NCBI GenBank assembly: GCA_002633005.1
Contig: NMRA01000693.1
Location: forward strand, 1 to 64,000
Source of the DNA: Phoronis australis
Lineage: Eukaryota > Animalia > Phoronida
Direction: 5' to 3'
Length of the DNA stretch: 64,000 nucleotides
Shown: piece after piece, positions 1 through 13,000 of the stretch
Layout of the letters: every line of letters begins with the position of its first letter
How positions within the stretch are numbered: position 1 is the stretch's first letter
Translations under genes and position numbers: made by a program
The notes under the pieces: generated by a model
Databases searched by the model: none
What the model saw: the letters and a program-made list of their open reading frames with translations, nothing else
What the model was told of the DNA's origin: nothing

Positions 1-683
1 TCTGAAAGAATATTAGTTGTTTTACTATCAGTTTGATAGGGCTGTTTTTAGAAACGTTTTTATTTGCCTGATAGGGCATTTAAAAAAAATCATTCAATGT
101 CACATAACTTGCCTTCAGACTTGTGAACCTTCGGAGTATGGAGCTCCATCTCATTTATACTAATGCACTGTGACTTGCACGCTACTTTAAGTTTCCTTCT
201 TAATTTTAGTGTCGGTTGTTAATTTTCAGTCTTTCATGCTTCTTCTTCCGTCTTGGTTATCCGTGAGTCGAATCGTATCTTTGTGGTGTGGACATGGTAA
301 CGAAAACGTTCATTAAAAAAATTTACAAACAATTGATAAATCAACTATGGTTTTCAATTTGCCATTCGGAAACTAATTCAAAAATCCTTGTCCCTGCCAC
401 GGTAGTTCAGTTACATTTGATCTTGGCATTTGAAGAGGAATTCAAATAACACCACTCAGCATGCATTTTGTGACCTTGAACGTAGTTTGAATTTATTCAT
501 GCTGTATTTCTTGATATGTTAGGATTGGTGTTAGTATGTTAGTGCAATTGTTAGTCGGGATTAAAAAGAGTGTTAGCGTCAACGCGAATGTACCAGCAAG
601 ACAAGTCACAAACGCTTAGTGCAAGCAAATGGTAATAGATATGATGGATGGAGAGCTTTGTCTATTCGAAGTACATGTGCGTC

Positions 684-1230
684 ATTGCCGTTGCCGTTGC
701 CTTATGTTGAACCCGCAACCCAAGTCCGCTACATGTACACGCATTCGACCTTTCATCACGTACCCTGGCGACTGCTTGATTGGTACTCCATGGAAACATA
801 CGTTGATGAGGTGATATGAAAAATTTTATTGCGGAAATACTTTGAATACATGTAGGGCAAACTGTATAAAACTAATGCTTAATATAATAAGTAATTATTT
901 GACAGAAGTTGCCGTTGCCGTTGCCGTTCAATTGCCGTTGCCGTATATATACCAATGAAATTAATTCCTTGTCGGTGAATCTTTTTGTTTGTCATTTCGC
1001 AATCAAACCATATTTGAAATTGTCGACTGCCATCACCTTAGCTTGAACCCACAACCCCAAGTCAGCTACATGTACATGCATGTGAGATTGCAACATGTAC
1101 CCTGGCGACTGCTTGGTTGGTACTCCATGGAAACATATGGTGATATGAAAAAGTTTATTGCAGAAGTACCTTGAATACATGTAACTACAGCATATGAATC
1201 TGATGTTTAAAATAATACATAATTGTTTCA
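684..1230. repeat. (GTTGCC)n microsatellites with a ~190-bp direct duplication (707-900 vs 1043-1229)
   Basis: GTTGCC runs at ~684-701 and ~908-943. TTGAACCC.CAACCC..AAGTC.GCTACATGTAC...GTACCCTGGCGACTGCTTG.TTGGTACTCCATGGAAACATA occurs twice. Confidence 0.85.
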
Positions 1231-1865
1231 CGTCTTATATAGGTGTAGTGATTCATTCCAAAATGTGCAGATTGTCGAAGAAAACAAACTATGACATTAG
1301 ATAGGTCATGCAGATGACATTAAAATCGGTAAATACGTTCTCGTGGAGTTTATTTACAACAATGATCATAAAAATTATATACAGTACTGGTACTTTCACG
1401 TTTAGGAAAATCTATGAAACGCTTGGTAACATAAGATATGAAATATTAAAAATGTTGAAATTTCATCAACCTTTATGCGGTATTGGAGCACAAAACGAGA
1501 TAAGCAACTGAGTTTGACAGGGAGATTACACATTTGGAGTTTCCTAGTTACAGACTAGGCTTGAGTACAGTTTTTGTAACCGTGAGATGTCAGACACCAA
1601 TGATGAAACTAGTTATGATATCAACAAATATACAATCTCTTGGACAACCTTTAAAAAGTTCACCATGTTAATAGAAGTTGTGTAATACAGTAGTACGTAC
1701 AGTATAAAAAATAATTGCAGTCGATCTGGTACACGTTGTACCAGACGTGCGTAGGCCGCGCATGTGGGCCCATTGCACTGATCACCTGGAACCATTTTTG
1801 TGCTTTATTAATATATAGTTAAAACCGAGATGAGTAGCTAGAAACCTGACTCAAGGGTCTAGCAT

Positions 1866-1945
1866 TGTGGTCCAGTGAGACTCGAAAACAGCACCAACAG
1901 AACAGAAGGCGGGAACTTATCGCACAAGGCCACACTGCGTCCTCA
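1866..1945 (-). mobile_element. Degenerate tRNA-derived SINE head
   Basis: The minus strand reads GAGGACGCAGTGTGGCCTTGTGCGATAAG...GTTTTCGAGTCTCACTGG (A-box/B-box-like). It resembles the SINE head at 50877. Confidence 0.4.
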
Positions 1946-4593
1946 GTACCTACAGTAACTATTTACATTTAAAAAATTTAACAGTACCTTTGATAGTAAT
2001 ATTGAAGTTCATGTGATAAACGATATGGTCCACATACTTCAAGTTTATGAAGACCAGAACAAGATCATCGACATACATAAGATGATTGATGTACACAGGA
2101 GATATTACACAGACAATTACAAGTCGTATAAAAGTGACTTAAGTTCATCCATGTCCACATTGGAAAAGTTGTCCGATAGTAAACCATCTTGTCTCACACC
2201 AATTGAAGCTTTGAAGAATGTTAGTAGAATCAGACTTCAACAATTCTGTAACAGTTCGTAGTTCGCTTCGATCTATTCATTATTAACCGTGTTGTTAGCC
2301 AAGGAACTCAGGTCCGTCAACTTTAAGGAAGAAGTCCCCACCTCTAGTTATTAAAATGGCATCATACAATCTTAAAACTCTGTTGTCGATCGTACTGCAG
2401 AAAATTTTGTGCACTGTACATGTAGTTGGTTGTGACGTCGTGGTCTCGCATGTTAATGATATGTTAGTGAATCAAAGTCCAGTGGTTTGACAAACGGAAA
2501 AGTCGCTGAAACAAAATAAAGCAATTAAAACTGAATGAAATTTACCACCGAGAAGGAATATAACATAGGTCACCCGAACTGATTAAGAAAATCTCCAAAC
2601 TACACAACTACCAGTCTTTAATTCCGTGGTTTTTGTGCCCTATAACCAGGTGTAAATTGTGAACATGAATAAAGTCGGATATCCGAATGATTGACGAGTA
2701 GATTTGTCACATGCAGTCGAAGCATGTAACGTCCATAATGTTTTCAGCTGAATGGCACCATACCTTCTGACTCTGATGTTATTCGTGTTAGCAGTCCTGC
2801 AGCACCTTTGGCGCACTGTCACTGCTTGCGGCATAAGATCCAGAATGTTAATGGTAGTCAGCACAATCAAGTTACACAAAGTCAACACCCTAGAAAAAAC
2901 GAACCCTATGATCTGAATAGAAAACTACAAATGAAAAACAGTGTAGGTAGAATGTATGAAATCACGGTATTGATGGGTCTGAAGATTTATAATTCCAAAA
3001 ATACATAACATCGCTACTTCAGTTCCCGCATGTGAAAAGAATACTACCCATATGAAGACCAATTGTTCAACAAAGGGCCAAGACGCTAAAAATCTGTAAG
3101 TTTATCAGGAGAATTGTAACTGCAAGTGTCAGTCATACCAAACACAAGTTACACACCTCTATAGTCCTTTGGGTATCGAGTTAGAATGCATCACATCTCA
3201 CACGCCCTCATTGGAGAGACAAATTCCGGGATTTCTTCACCTTTTTGACTCTAGTGTCATTTTGCGTTGGTGGTTCAGCGACATATTTGGTCCGCTGCCA
3301 TTGATAGCGTGGTCAGATACTGTATGACCCTAGAAAAGCGTTTATATTTTTGTAACTAAGATGGTTTATACTTCAGAAACAGCAGTTCAAATTTTTACGA
3401 TTTTCAAATAATATGAAGTAAACGCAGTTCACAAAATGAAAATGAAATTATTATATTTTAGAAGATTAAAAATGTTTCTGAGATTGATTCTGGAATAATT
3501 TCATCAAATGAAATTCGATCTTGTTATTGATAGCGTTGTTTTACTATTAATATGCCTTTGTCTTTTGCTAAGTTTTATGGTTTTTGAGAGGTTGTGCCCT
3601 GGAACAAGGTATGAAACAGTGTATATGAATAAAAACAGATGTCTGAATGAATGGCAAATAGGTTTTTTAAATTATACAAGTGTTCGGTCAAACTATGATG
3701 GGTCATAGGAGTGCACAAATGTAGTCGAAACCGGATAAGTCCGAGATGTGTACGAATGAATTTCATAATACCTTTTGGGTCTGGCGTCATTCGTGTTAGT
3801 GGTCCTGCGACAACTTTAGTATACTTTCACTGTTTGCTATACGTCAGCTGAAGTCCAGAAATCCAACAAATGGCCAAGTCACTGGAAATCTGCAATAACT
3901 TTAAAAGCAAATCAGCCCCCTTGAAGTGATCAATCAATATGACCTGAATTGAAATTTGCACGTGAGAACGTGTTTGGGCCGATGGCATGAAATCAGGGTA
4001 TTCCTCGGTCTGAATGTTAGCTAGAGCAAAAGTCCGTAAAGCCGGAGATCCACACAAGTGCTAAAGACTATCACTTCGTAAGCTAAAAATTTAAACTTTC
4101 ATGACATGCGGATAAGAAGTGTGACCTCGACCAAAATGTTGGGATTTTAAAAGCACTTGCCTGTTTCATACTAGCTATTCGAAGAGACAGTGTTTCTCAC
4201 AAGAATCCTAACACAGTTCGGCAATGTTTACTGAGCTGCTGCATTAATTTACATTTTCAAATTTGAGTTTACAGCCACTAAAACTTTCCTGCACCGCTGT
4301 CGGTGACTTTGCATTACAACTTTTATGAATCATAGATATTCGCACTACTTTTGAACTAACTAGAATTTCTCTCTGTCTGATTTCTGAAGCTTCGGAATTT
4401 AATGTCTTTTCAAAACCATTTTTATATTTTGCATATTTTGGCTTCATACTCGTGAACCTTCGGAGTATCCAGCTCCATCCTATTTTTACCAATGCATTAT
4501 GACTACCAATCGAAGTTCGATTACCTTCGTAATTTTAGTCTTTCATTTAACTTTCGTTTTCCATCCGTCTTCTTCCTTTTCGATTACCCAATG

Positions 4594-7500
4594 CTGTTCT
4601 TCGGGTGTATGCCTTGTCGTCGCGGAACAGCTTGCGTATCTCCGTGACCTCTAGAGCTTTACCGGCGGGAGTTTAAAACTCCTGGCAGGGCTACCCATGC
4701 CTGGCAGGTTGAAAGGTAGAGATCAGACGAAATTTATCCCCAAACACTCTCTAGGGTCACACTAGGGTTGGGCGTAAGGCCAAATCCCTTACCCTGTAAA
4801 ACATTGCTCCTGTCACCTACGAGAAGGACAACTCTTACATCAAAACCTGGGCAGAGAAGGCAACCAGTCTAGGAGAAGGCCACTCCGAAGTAAAACCATG
4901 TGCTGCCACGAAGACGGAGCGTGTCGGCTAATGACAGTGGGCAGACCTTCTGTATGCAAACGGATATTAGACGGTATGGTGCTCGATCCGTGGTTCGTCA
5001 GGCGGTGACAGCGCTGGGTCCTCAGCCTCGAAAGGATCCACCTTTAGCGACTGGTGAGGCGAATCCAAGACTCAACCGAAGGCAGCAAAGCTCAATGCCA
5101 GCCAGCCAACACAGTCAGTCGGAAACATCAGTTGCTCCGCTTGTCTTCGCACAGTGGAACGCTGAGTGTCTTCGCAAGAAGAAACCCAAGCTCCAACGTT
5201 TCCTCCGTAGATAGCAAGTGAACATCATCTGTATCCAGGAGACACACCTTGCAGATGCTCATCGCTTCTTCATCAGAGGTTACGAGCTTTTCCAACATGA
5301 CAGAATCAACCGTTCCAAGGGAGGCATTCTCACCCTTGTCGGACCACCATCCCAGCGATAGAGATTGGGAGGTCTGTGGGAGAAAATGAATTTATCGCAG
5401 TGAAAGTTGTACTCAAAGGGAGAGAAATTATCATCATCAACTTCTACTGCCCACCTGACAAAGACCTGCGACTCCACACTCTTCCCCTGGCAAACCAAGA
5501 CCTACTAATCTTAGGTGACTTTAATGGTCACTCGCCAAGCTGGGGATATAAAGACATGAACACTAGAGGAGAACAAATTGAAGACTTTATGATTGACAAC
5601 TGTCTCATCCTTATCAACAAGCCGGACGATAAGCCAACCTGTCTGTCCCGAGCTTGTAACCACTCCAGACCTTGCCATAGCCATGGAAGACATCCAGAGA
5701 GTATGTAACAGGATGGTCACAAATCAGCTAGGAGGGAGCGACCACCTACCCGTCCTAATTAAGCTCCCATTACTAGAACAACCCTCCGTCACAAGAAAAG
5801 AGCCTAGCTGGAACTACTAAAAGGCAAACTGGACGAAGTTTAAAAAACTGACAGACACACTCTGCAGAAAAACCACCATTGACACAAAGCAAGACATCAA
5901 CTTCAAGATCAGGCGGATTTCCAACTGCATCCTCCAGGCGGCACGCCAGAGCATTCCTAGGGGAAGACGAAGAGACCACAAACCATACTGGAGTGACCAC
6001 CTGAAGAGTCTCCATGACCAAGTAACATCAACAAGAGAGCAACTTGAAAAAGACCCAACCCGGGAAAACACAGCAATCTACAACCAAGCTGCATTTGATG
6101 AGGAAAGGACAAAAGAAATCCGCAAGTCCAGGCACGACAAGACCAGCTCTCTAAACATGAAGAAAGACACAGGGAAACTGTGGCAGCTCACAAAGACCTT
6201 AAACGACGACCACCAGTGCCCTCCAAGAGCAACGCTCCTAAAAGAAAATGGACTGACTTACAATTGGAGGAGAACCGCATCCCTGCTTGATGACAGTCTC
6301 CTGGACATTCCCAGGCAGAAAACAGAAATAGTCCGAACAAAGAAAACAGAGGAACTGAGAAAATGGCAACAACAACAAACTGCCAGCATGACTAACGACT
6401 TCACCATGCAAGAACTGAACAATTCCATCAGACAACTCAAGACCAAGAAGGCACCCGGAAAAGACGGCATCAGCAATGACATGATTCAACACCTTGGCAG
6501 TCTCACCAAACAGAAGCTTCTGGATATTTATAACCAGTCTTGCAGAATGGGGTTTTTTCCAGTCAGCTGGAAGGAAGCCATGATCATTCCAATCTTAAAG
6601 AAGGGGAAGGACAGGCAGAGCAAGAGCAGTTATCGCCCCATTAGCCTTATCAGCTGTCCAGGCAAACTCATGAAACGCATGGTCAACAAACGTCTGCAAT
6701 ATCACCTAGAAAAGAACAGGCTTATTAACTCCACCCAGTCAGGTTTCAGAAAGAACAGAAGCACAGAGGATCAGATCACACTGCTCACCCAAGACATAGA
6801 AAATGGCTTTCAGCAGAAAATGAAGACACTATCTGTCTTTGTGGACCTAACTAAAGCCTTCGATAAGGTCTAGAAGGAAGGCGTACTCCTCAAGCTCCTC
6901 CAAAAACAAGTATGTGGCAAACAGTATGCGTAGCAAAACAGTTACCTCTTCCAAAGATCTGGGCGCGTAAAGCTGGAAGGACAGACAAGCAAGCTGATTA
7001 GGACTAGGGAAGGAGTACCCCCAGGGCAGCATAATATCGCCAACACTCTTTGTTATCTTCATTGATGACATTGCTGACCACCTGTCTATGCACATTTCAA
7101 GGACTCTCCATGCAGATGACCTGGCTGTATGGAAGAAAGCACAATACATCACCACAGCAGCTTGCAGAATGCAGGGAGTCATGGGAAAAGAGTGGATGGT
7201 CACGATCAACGGGACCAAAACAGAGGCCACTTGCTTTTCCCTTTCTCCCAAAAAGAAGAGTTCTCGCTCCAGCTAGAATGCCAGAATATTCCCCACCAAG
7301 AAACCCAACCTACCTTGGGGTTAAACTGGACAAGAGGCTTACTTGGACCCCCACATTGCTGCCATGCGCAGCAAAGCTACCAAGAAAATTGCTGTGACGA
7401 AGAAACTTGCTGGTACCAGCTGGGGTGCAAACATGAAGATCTTGACCCAAGTTTACACGGAATCTGTCAGACCCCACGTGGAATATGCCTCTAACGCATG

Positions 7501-8794
7501 GTCTACAGCTGCCAAAACCAACACAGACAACTTAGCCAGGGTCCAGAATACTGGTCTGCGCTTAATCACAGGAGGCATGAAGACCACCCCAATCACGGAA
7601 ATGGAGAGGACGCCAGGCTTAAGCTAACTGGAAGACGGGTTGAGAAACTCCTAAGACAGGGCGAAAATATGAAGCGGCTTCCATCACATCCACTGCACTA
7701 CAAACTCCAAGCCCCGATCAAAAACCGCATCAAGAGGCAGAGCCCAAACCACATCATCAAGGCACTTCCGCAGAAACATCAACCTCTGCTATCCTCAATC
7801 AACCAACCACTAGAAATGTTCCAAGACTTTGAAGAATGGTCCCTGGACGTTCCCCACATCATTCTCGACATCCCTGGGATTGAATCAAAGCATACACAAC
7901 TGGAGGCAGTCCTGAAGGCCCTCACCCTAGAAACCCTAGACAGAGACTACCCTACCACCACCTGGACCCGAGTATATATATACAGATGGCTCTGTAGAGA
8001 ATGCTGTCATAAATGGGGGAGGTGGGGTATTCATCAAATACCCAGACGGCAGTACTCTGCGCAAGTCCATTGCCACGGGCCTTCACTCCACCAACTACAG
8101 AGCTGAGGCAAATGCCCTATACCTCGCAGCCCAGATACTCAACCAGCAAAGGAGGCTCCCGGATCAGACAGTCTTCTTCACAGACTGCCGATCCCTTCTG
8201 CAGAGCCTCCAGACAACACAGAGAGAGACCAGATCCTGCAATCCATCAAACAAGAGATGCACATTCTCAGCAGCAAAACCAGTGTTGTGCTGCAATGGAT
8301 TCCCTCCCACTACGGCATCAGCTGCAACGAGGAAGCAGGCAGACTCTCCAAGGCAGGAAGCAAACTGGAGCAGACGTCGCACCCATCACCATATGGAGAA
8401 ATAAAAACCGTCCTACGAAGTCACTTTAAAAATGCCTGGAGGGCAAGTCTACATCTGGGGACTGAAGAAGACTATATCCACCAGCTTGACTGGCAGGAAC
8501 AAGTCACTATCTTCAGGCTAAGAACCGGCCACTGTCAGCTGCTCTCCCACATGCATCGCCTGAAAATCTCTCACACAGACGAGTGCCCCTGTGGCACTGG
8601 CCCCCAGACATCTGAGCATTTACTGCAGAGCTGTCCTACATTCGATTCCCTAAGGCGCCAGACATGGCCCAGTCCGGTGGAACTCAAGGTAAAACTGTGG
8701 GCCCGACGAAATCATTGCGGCGAACAGCAGACTTCGACCAAAAGACCATACTGACTATCTAAGCTACATGGCCGGGAACGCTGAAGAAGAAGAA
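4594..8794 (+). mobile_element. Near full-length, inactivated non-LTR retrotransposon (I-group, Ingi/Nimb-like; APE-RT-RNase H-CCHC) inserted in an array unit
   Basis: APE motifs: QWNAE, ICIQETH, LGDFNGHS, TTPDLA, GGSDHLP. RT motifs: KAPGKDG, SYRPISL, QSGFR, FVDLTKAFDKV, HADDLAVW, YLGVKLDK. RNase H motifs: YTDGS, LQWIPSH.GI..NEEA. C-terminal CPCG...EHLLQSC. (GAA)4 tail at 8783-8794. Decayed TSD GATTACCCAATG (4582) / GATCATCCATG (8795). The host unit resumes after the tail. Many stops and frameshifts. Confidence 0.93.
5140..8754 (+). pseudogene. Disrupted single ORF of the LINE (endonuclease, reverse transcriptase, RNase H)
   Basis: ORF fragments 5376-5708, 6157-6873, 7088-7276, 7343-7627, 7498-8106 and 8257-8754 are colinear pieces of one polyprotein. 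Confidence 0.9.
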
Positions 8795-9780
8795 GATCAT
8801 CCATGGAGCAAAGTGTATCGTTGTTTCGTAGTTATAGCGAGTAAATAAGCAAAAACGTCCATTGATAAAATTTACAAACAATTGAAACTTCAAATATCGT
8901 TTTAAATTTGCCAGATAGATATTAATTGAAAAGTCGGTGTTCCCGCTACAGCTGTAATCGATCACTGGAAACACTGCTCAGCTCAACCTGCCTGTGTCAT
9001 CTGCAAAGGAATTCTGCTAAAACCATTCAGCATGCACTTTGTGACATTGAACGTCATTTGGATTCATTCATGCTGCTTTCTCGGGGTTTTGGGGCTTGTG
9101 TTAGTATGTTAGTGCAATTGTTAGTCGGGATTAGAAAAACTATTTGATTCAACACGAATGGACTGGCAAGACAAGTAACAAACCTGTAGTCCATTGCCAT
9201 GGTAATAGATTTCAATGATCGAGCTGTCTATCCATTCGAAGTTCATGTAGAACATCACGACCCAAACACCAGAACTTGAGTATGATCCAAACTACAACTA
9301 AAATACAGCCATGCAACTGTTAAAATCTTTTACAACAAAATGGACACCACAAAATTGTCACAGATGTAGAACTGCAACTACAAGTGTCAGTCACAACAAA
9401 ATGATAATAATAACGAAATATGCACACCTCTATTGTCCTTCGTGTATCGGGTAGGCAGCATCTCATGACACACGCCCTCATGGAAGAAGCAATTTCCGGG
9501 AGTTTTTACCTTTCTGACTCATGGTGTCATTTTGTGTTGGTGGTCCTGCGACATACTTGGTTCGCTCTCAGTGGTGGCCTGGTCAGAGTCCTGCTTATTC
9601 AGATCCTGTATGACAAAGAAAAAGTGGCTGGTACATTTCTCTAAGGTTTGTATTTCACAAAGAGCACTTCAAATTTATGAAAAACTTTCAAATACTATGA
9701 TTAAAAATGACGGTCACAAAACGAAAATGAAAGTATCGTAATTTAGAACATTAACAATGTTTTTGAATGAAATTCGATCT

Positions 9781-10021
9781 TGCGAACAATTTGTCCCGTC
9801 AGCACGCCATCTTTTGGTTTCATCACGTGACCCAATGAATATAAGTCTGAAAAGATTTCTGCTCCCGACAGGGACTCGAACCCAGGACCTTCTGCTAACC
9901 ATGCCGACTTATATTTATTAGGTCACATGATGTGACCAAAAGATGGCGTGCTGACGGGACAAATTGTTCGCACAACATATTTCCACGCCTTAATTACTGA
10001 AAAAGATACATTTCTACACAC
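9781..10021. mobile_element. Palindromic insertion with ~68-bp inverted arms around a 3'-half tRNA fragment, flanked by a 13-bp direct repeat
   Basis: TGCGAACAATTTGTCCCGTCAGCACGCCATCTTTTGG (9781) pairs with CCAAAAGATGGCGTGCTGACGGGACAAATTGTTCGCA (to 9972). The loop reads GGTCCTGGGTTCGAGTCCCTGTCGGGAGCA on the minus strand (B box/T arm). AAATTCGATCTTG occurs at 9770-9782 and 10022-10034. Confidence 0.85.
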
Positions 10022-13000
10022 AAATTCGATCTTGTTATTTATACCGATGTATTACTATTAGTGTGCCTTTGTCGTTTGCTAAATTGTACATTTTTTGATA
10101 GATTTTACCCTGGAACCTCGTAAACAGTGTACATGAATGAAGAAAGATTTCATCAGTGAATGGGAGTAGATTTTTCGCTTCGCTTTTCCTATCAGAAAAA
10201 TTCGGTGAAATTATGAGGGCTTCTAGGTGTACACACATATAGTTAAAGCTGGAAACGTACAAGATGTTTACAGATGAAATACACCATACCATCTGGCTCT
10301 AGTGTCGTTCGTGTTAGTGGCGCCGCGACACCATTGTTATGCTGTCACTGTTCCCCACGTCAATTCCTGCATGTGAACGGTATACTATAATCAGCTGAAT
10401 TCCACTTTTTCGACAAACGGCCAAATCGTTAACAATCTACAATAAGTTTAAAACCTAAATAAACACCCTAGAAGTAATAAACCAATATGACCAGAATGGA
10501 AATCTACAAATGATTAGTGTCTGGACTGATGGCATTAAATCATTACTCGGTCTGGATGTTACCTAGAGCAAACATCAGTAAACCTGAAAGTGTAGCAGTT
10601 CGAAAGGCTAAAGTTCAAACTTTCATGACACACGGTTATGAACAGTGACTTCGACCGTAATGTTCGGATTTGAAATGCACGTACCTGTCTGAAACTACAG
10701 AGTTCGGCACTGTTTATTGAGCTGCTGTATTTATTTACGTTTTGGAATTTGGTTTACAGTCGGAGACTTTGCATCACAAGTTTAATAATTCATACATCTT
10801 CCCACTGCTTTCAAACTAACAAGAATTTCTCTCATTCTGATTTCTGAACCTTCAGATTTAAAGGCTTTTTTAAAAACATTTTCTTCTATCCAATATGTTG
10901 CCTTCAGATTTGTGAACTTTCAGAGTCTACAGACCTATCCTATTTATACTAATGCACTACGAGTCGCAAACAACGTTAGATTGCCTTCTTAATTTCAGTC
11001 ATTCATGGTTAACTTTCATTTTCCATCTTTCTTTTTCCTTTTCGGTTATCCATGGGTAACAGTGTACCGTTGTTGCGTGGTTATAGCGAGTAAACAAACA
11101 AAAACGTGCATTAATAACTATAGAAAAATTCGAGAAATGAAATAATTTTTTAAAATTTTTATTCAGATTTTAATTTAAAAGTCCATGTCACTTCCACGGC
11201 TGTAATCGATCACTTTAACTACTGCTCAGCTCCATCCGGCCATGTTATCTACAATGGGATTCAAATAACGCTTTTCAGTATGCATTTTATGACCTTGAGG
11301 GTTATTTGGACTTATTCATGCTGTTTTTTCGGTATATTAGACCTTCTGTTACTTTGTTAGTGCAACTGTTAGTCGGAATTAGAAAGAGCATTAGCGTGGG
11401 CTCAAATGCATCAGCAAGACAAGTAACAAACCCGTAGTCCAATCCAATGGTAATAGATTTCAAGGACGGAGACATCTAGCCATTTGAACAACATGCGGAA
11501 CATCTCGACCCAAACACTAAATCTTGACTACAAACTGCACTACAACTGTAACGAGGCCAACACTTAAAATCTTTTACAACGACCTGGACTCCACGCATTT
11601 GTCCCTGGTGTAGAACTGTAATTGCAAGTATCAGCTACACCAAACTTGTTATCAATAACGAAAGTTACGAACCTCTTGCCCTTCGTGCATCGGGCAAGAC
11701 GTCATCTCATCTCACTCGCCCTCATAGAAGAGACAATTTCCGTGATGTTTTTTACCTTTCCGACTCTGGTGTTACTTTGTGTTGGTGTTTCAACAATATA
11801 TTTTAAATTACTTCTCTTCCAGTGATGGCTTGTTTAGATCCTGTATGACCCTAGAAAAGGCGTCTACATTTCTCTATCGTTAAGGGTACGTATTTCAGAA
11901 TTAGCAGTTCAGATTTATGCAACACTTTCAAATAATATGACTTAAACAGAGTTCACAAAATGAAAATGAAATGCTTATATTTTTTAACATTAACAGTGTA
12001 TCTGAGATTGATTCTGCAATACTTTCATCAAATTGAATTTGGTCTTGCTACTAATAATGTTGTTTTACTTTTGATTGATGTGATATTGCTTTTTGTTAAA
12101 TTTTACGGTTTTTGAGAGATTGTGCCCTGAAACCAGGTATTAAACAGTGTGTATGAAAAAGACAGATGCCTGAATGAATGGATTGTAGCTTTTTTACTTC
12201 GCTTTTCCAAATCAAACAAATGTTTTGTCAAATTATGATGGCTCACATGATTACAAACATGTAATGGATACCGGAAACGTCCAGGAAGATTACAGAAGAG
12301 CTGCACCATTCCTTTTGGGTCTGGTGTCATTCGTGTTAGTGGTCCTTCGACACCTTTGGTTCACTGTAACTTCTCACTGCATCAGTTCCCTCATGTGAAA
12401 GGTATACTAGTCAGCTGAATTCCAGTTGTTCGACTAGTGGCCAAGTCGCTAAAAATCTAATATCAAGTTATCAGAGAATCAGCCTAAAGAACTGATCAAC
12501 CAATATGACCTGATCTGAAATCTACACGTGAGAAGTGTTTGAGCCGATGGTATGAAATCAGGGTGTTCCTCGGTCTAAATATTAGCTAGAGGAAAAGTCG
12601 GTAAATCCGAGAATCCACAAAAGTCCGAATGTCTAAGACATCGAATGCTAAACGTTTAAACTCCCATGACACACATTTCTGAACATTGAACTTTTCAAAA
12701 ATTTCCATAGTTTACATAAACGTGCCTGTTTAAAATTAATTCTTCGAATAGTCAGTGCTTCTCAAAACGATAAAAACAAAGTTTGGCAATTTTTACCGAG
12801 ATTTTGCATTTATTTACATTTTCAAATTTTTGTTTACAATCACTAAAACGTCGTTGTTCTGCTGTCAATGACTTTGTATCATAACTTTCACTAATCATAA
12901 ATCGACGCACAAGTTTAGAAGACCTTTTCCCTCTGTCTGATTTCTGAACCTTCGGATTTAAAGACCTTTTTAAAACATTTTCATTTACTCCATAATTTGG

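Noticed and set aside
5030-5075. 2A-like peptide (TGEANPRL) at the LINE N-terminus
   Set aside because: It lacks the required D(V/I)ExNPGP consensus.
9857-9902. tRNA gene
   Set aside because: Only the 3' half with a B box is present; the 5' acceptor strand and D arm are missing, and it lies in an inserted element.
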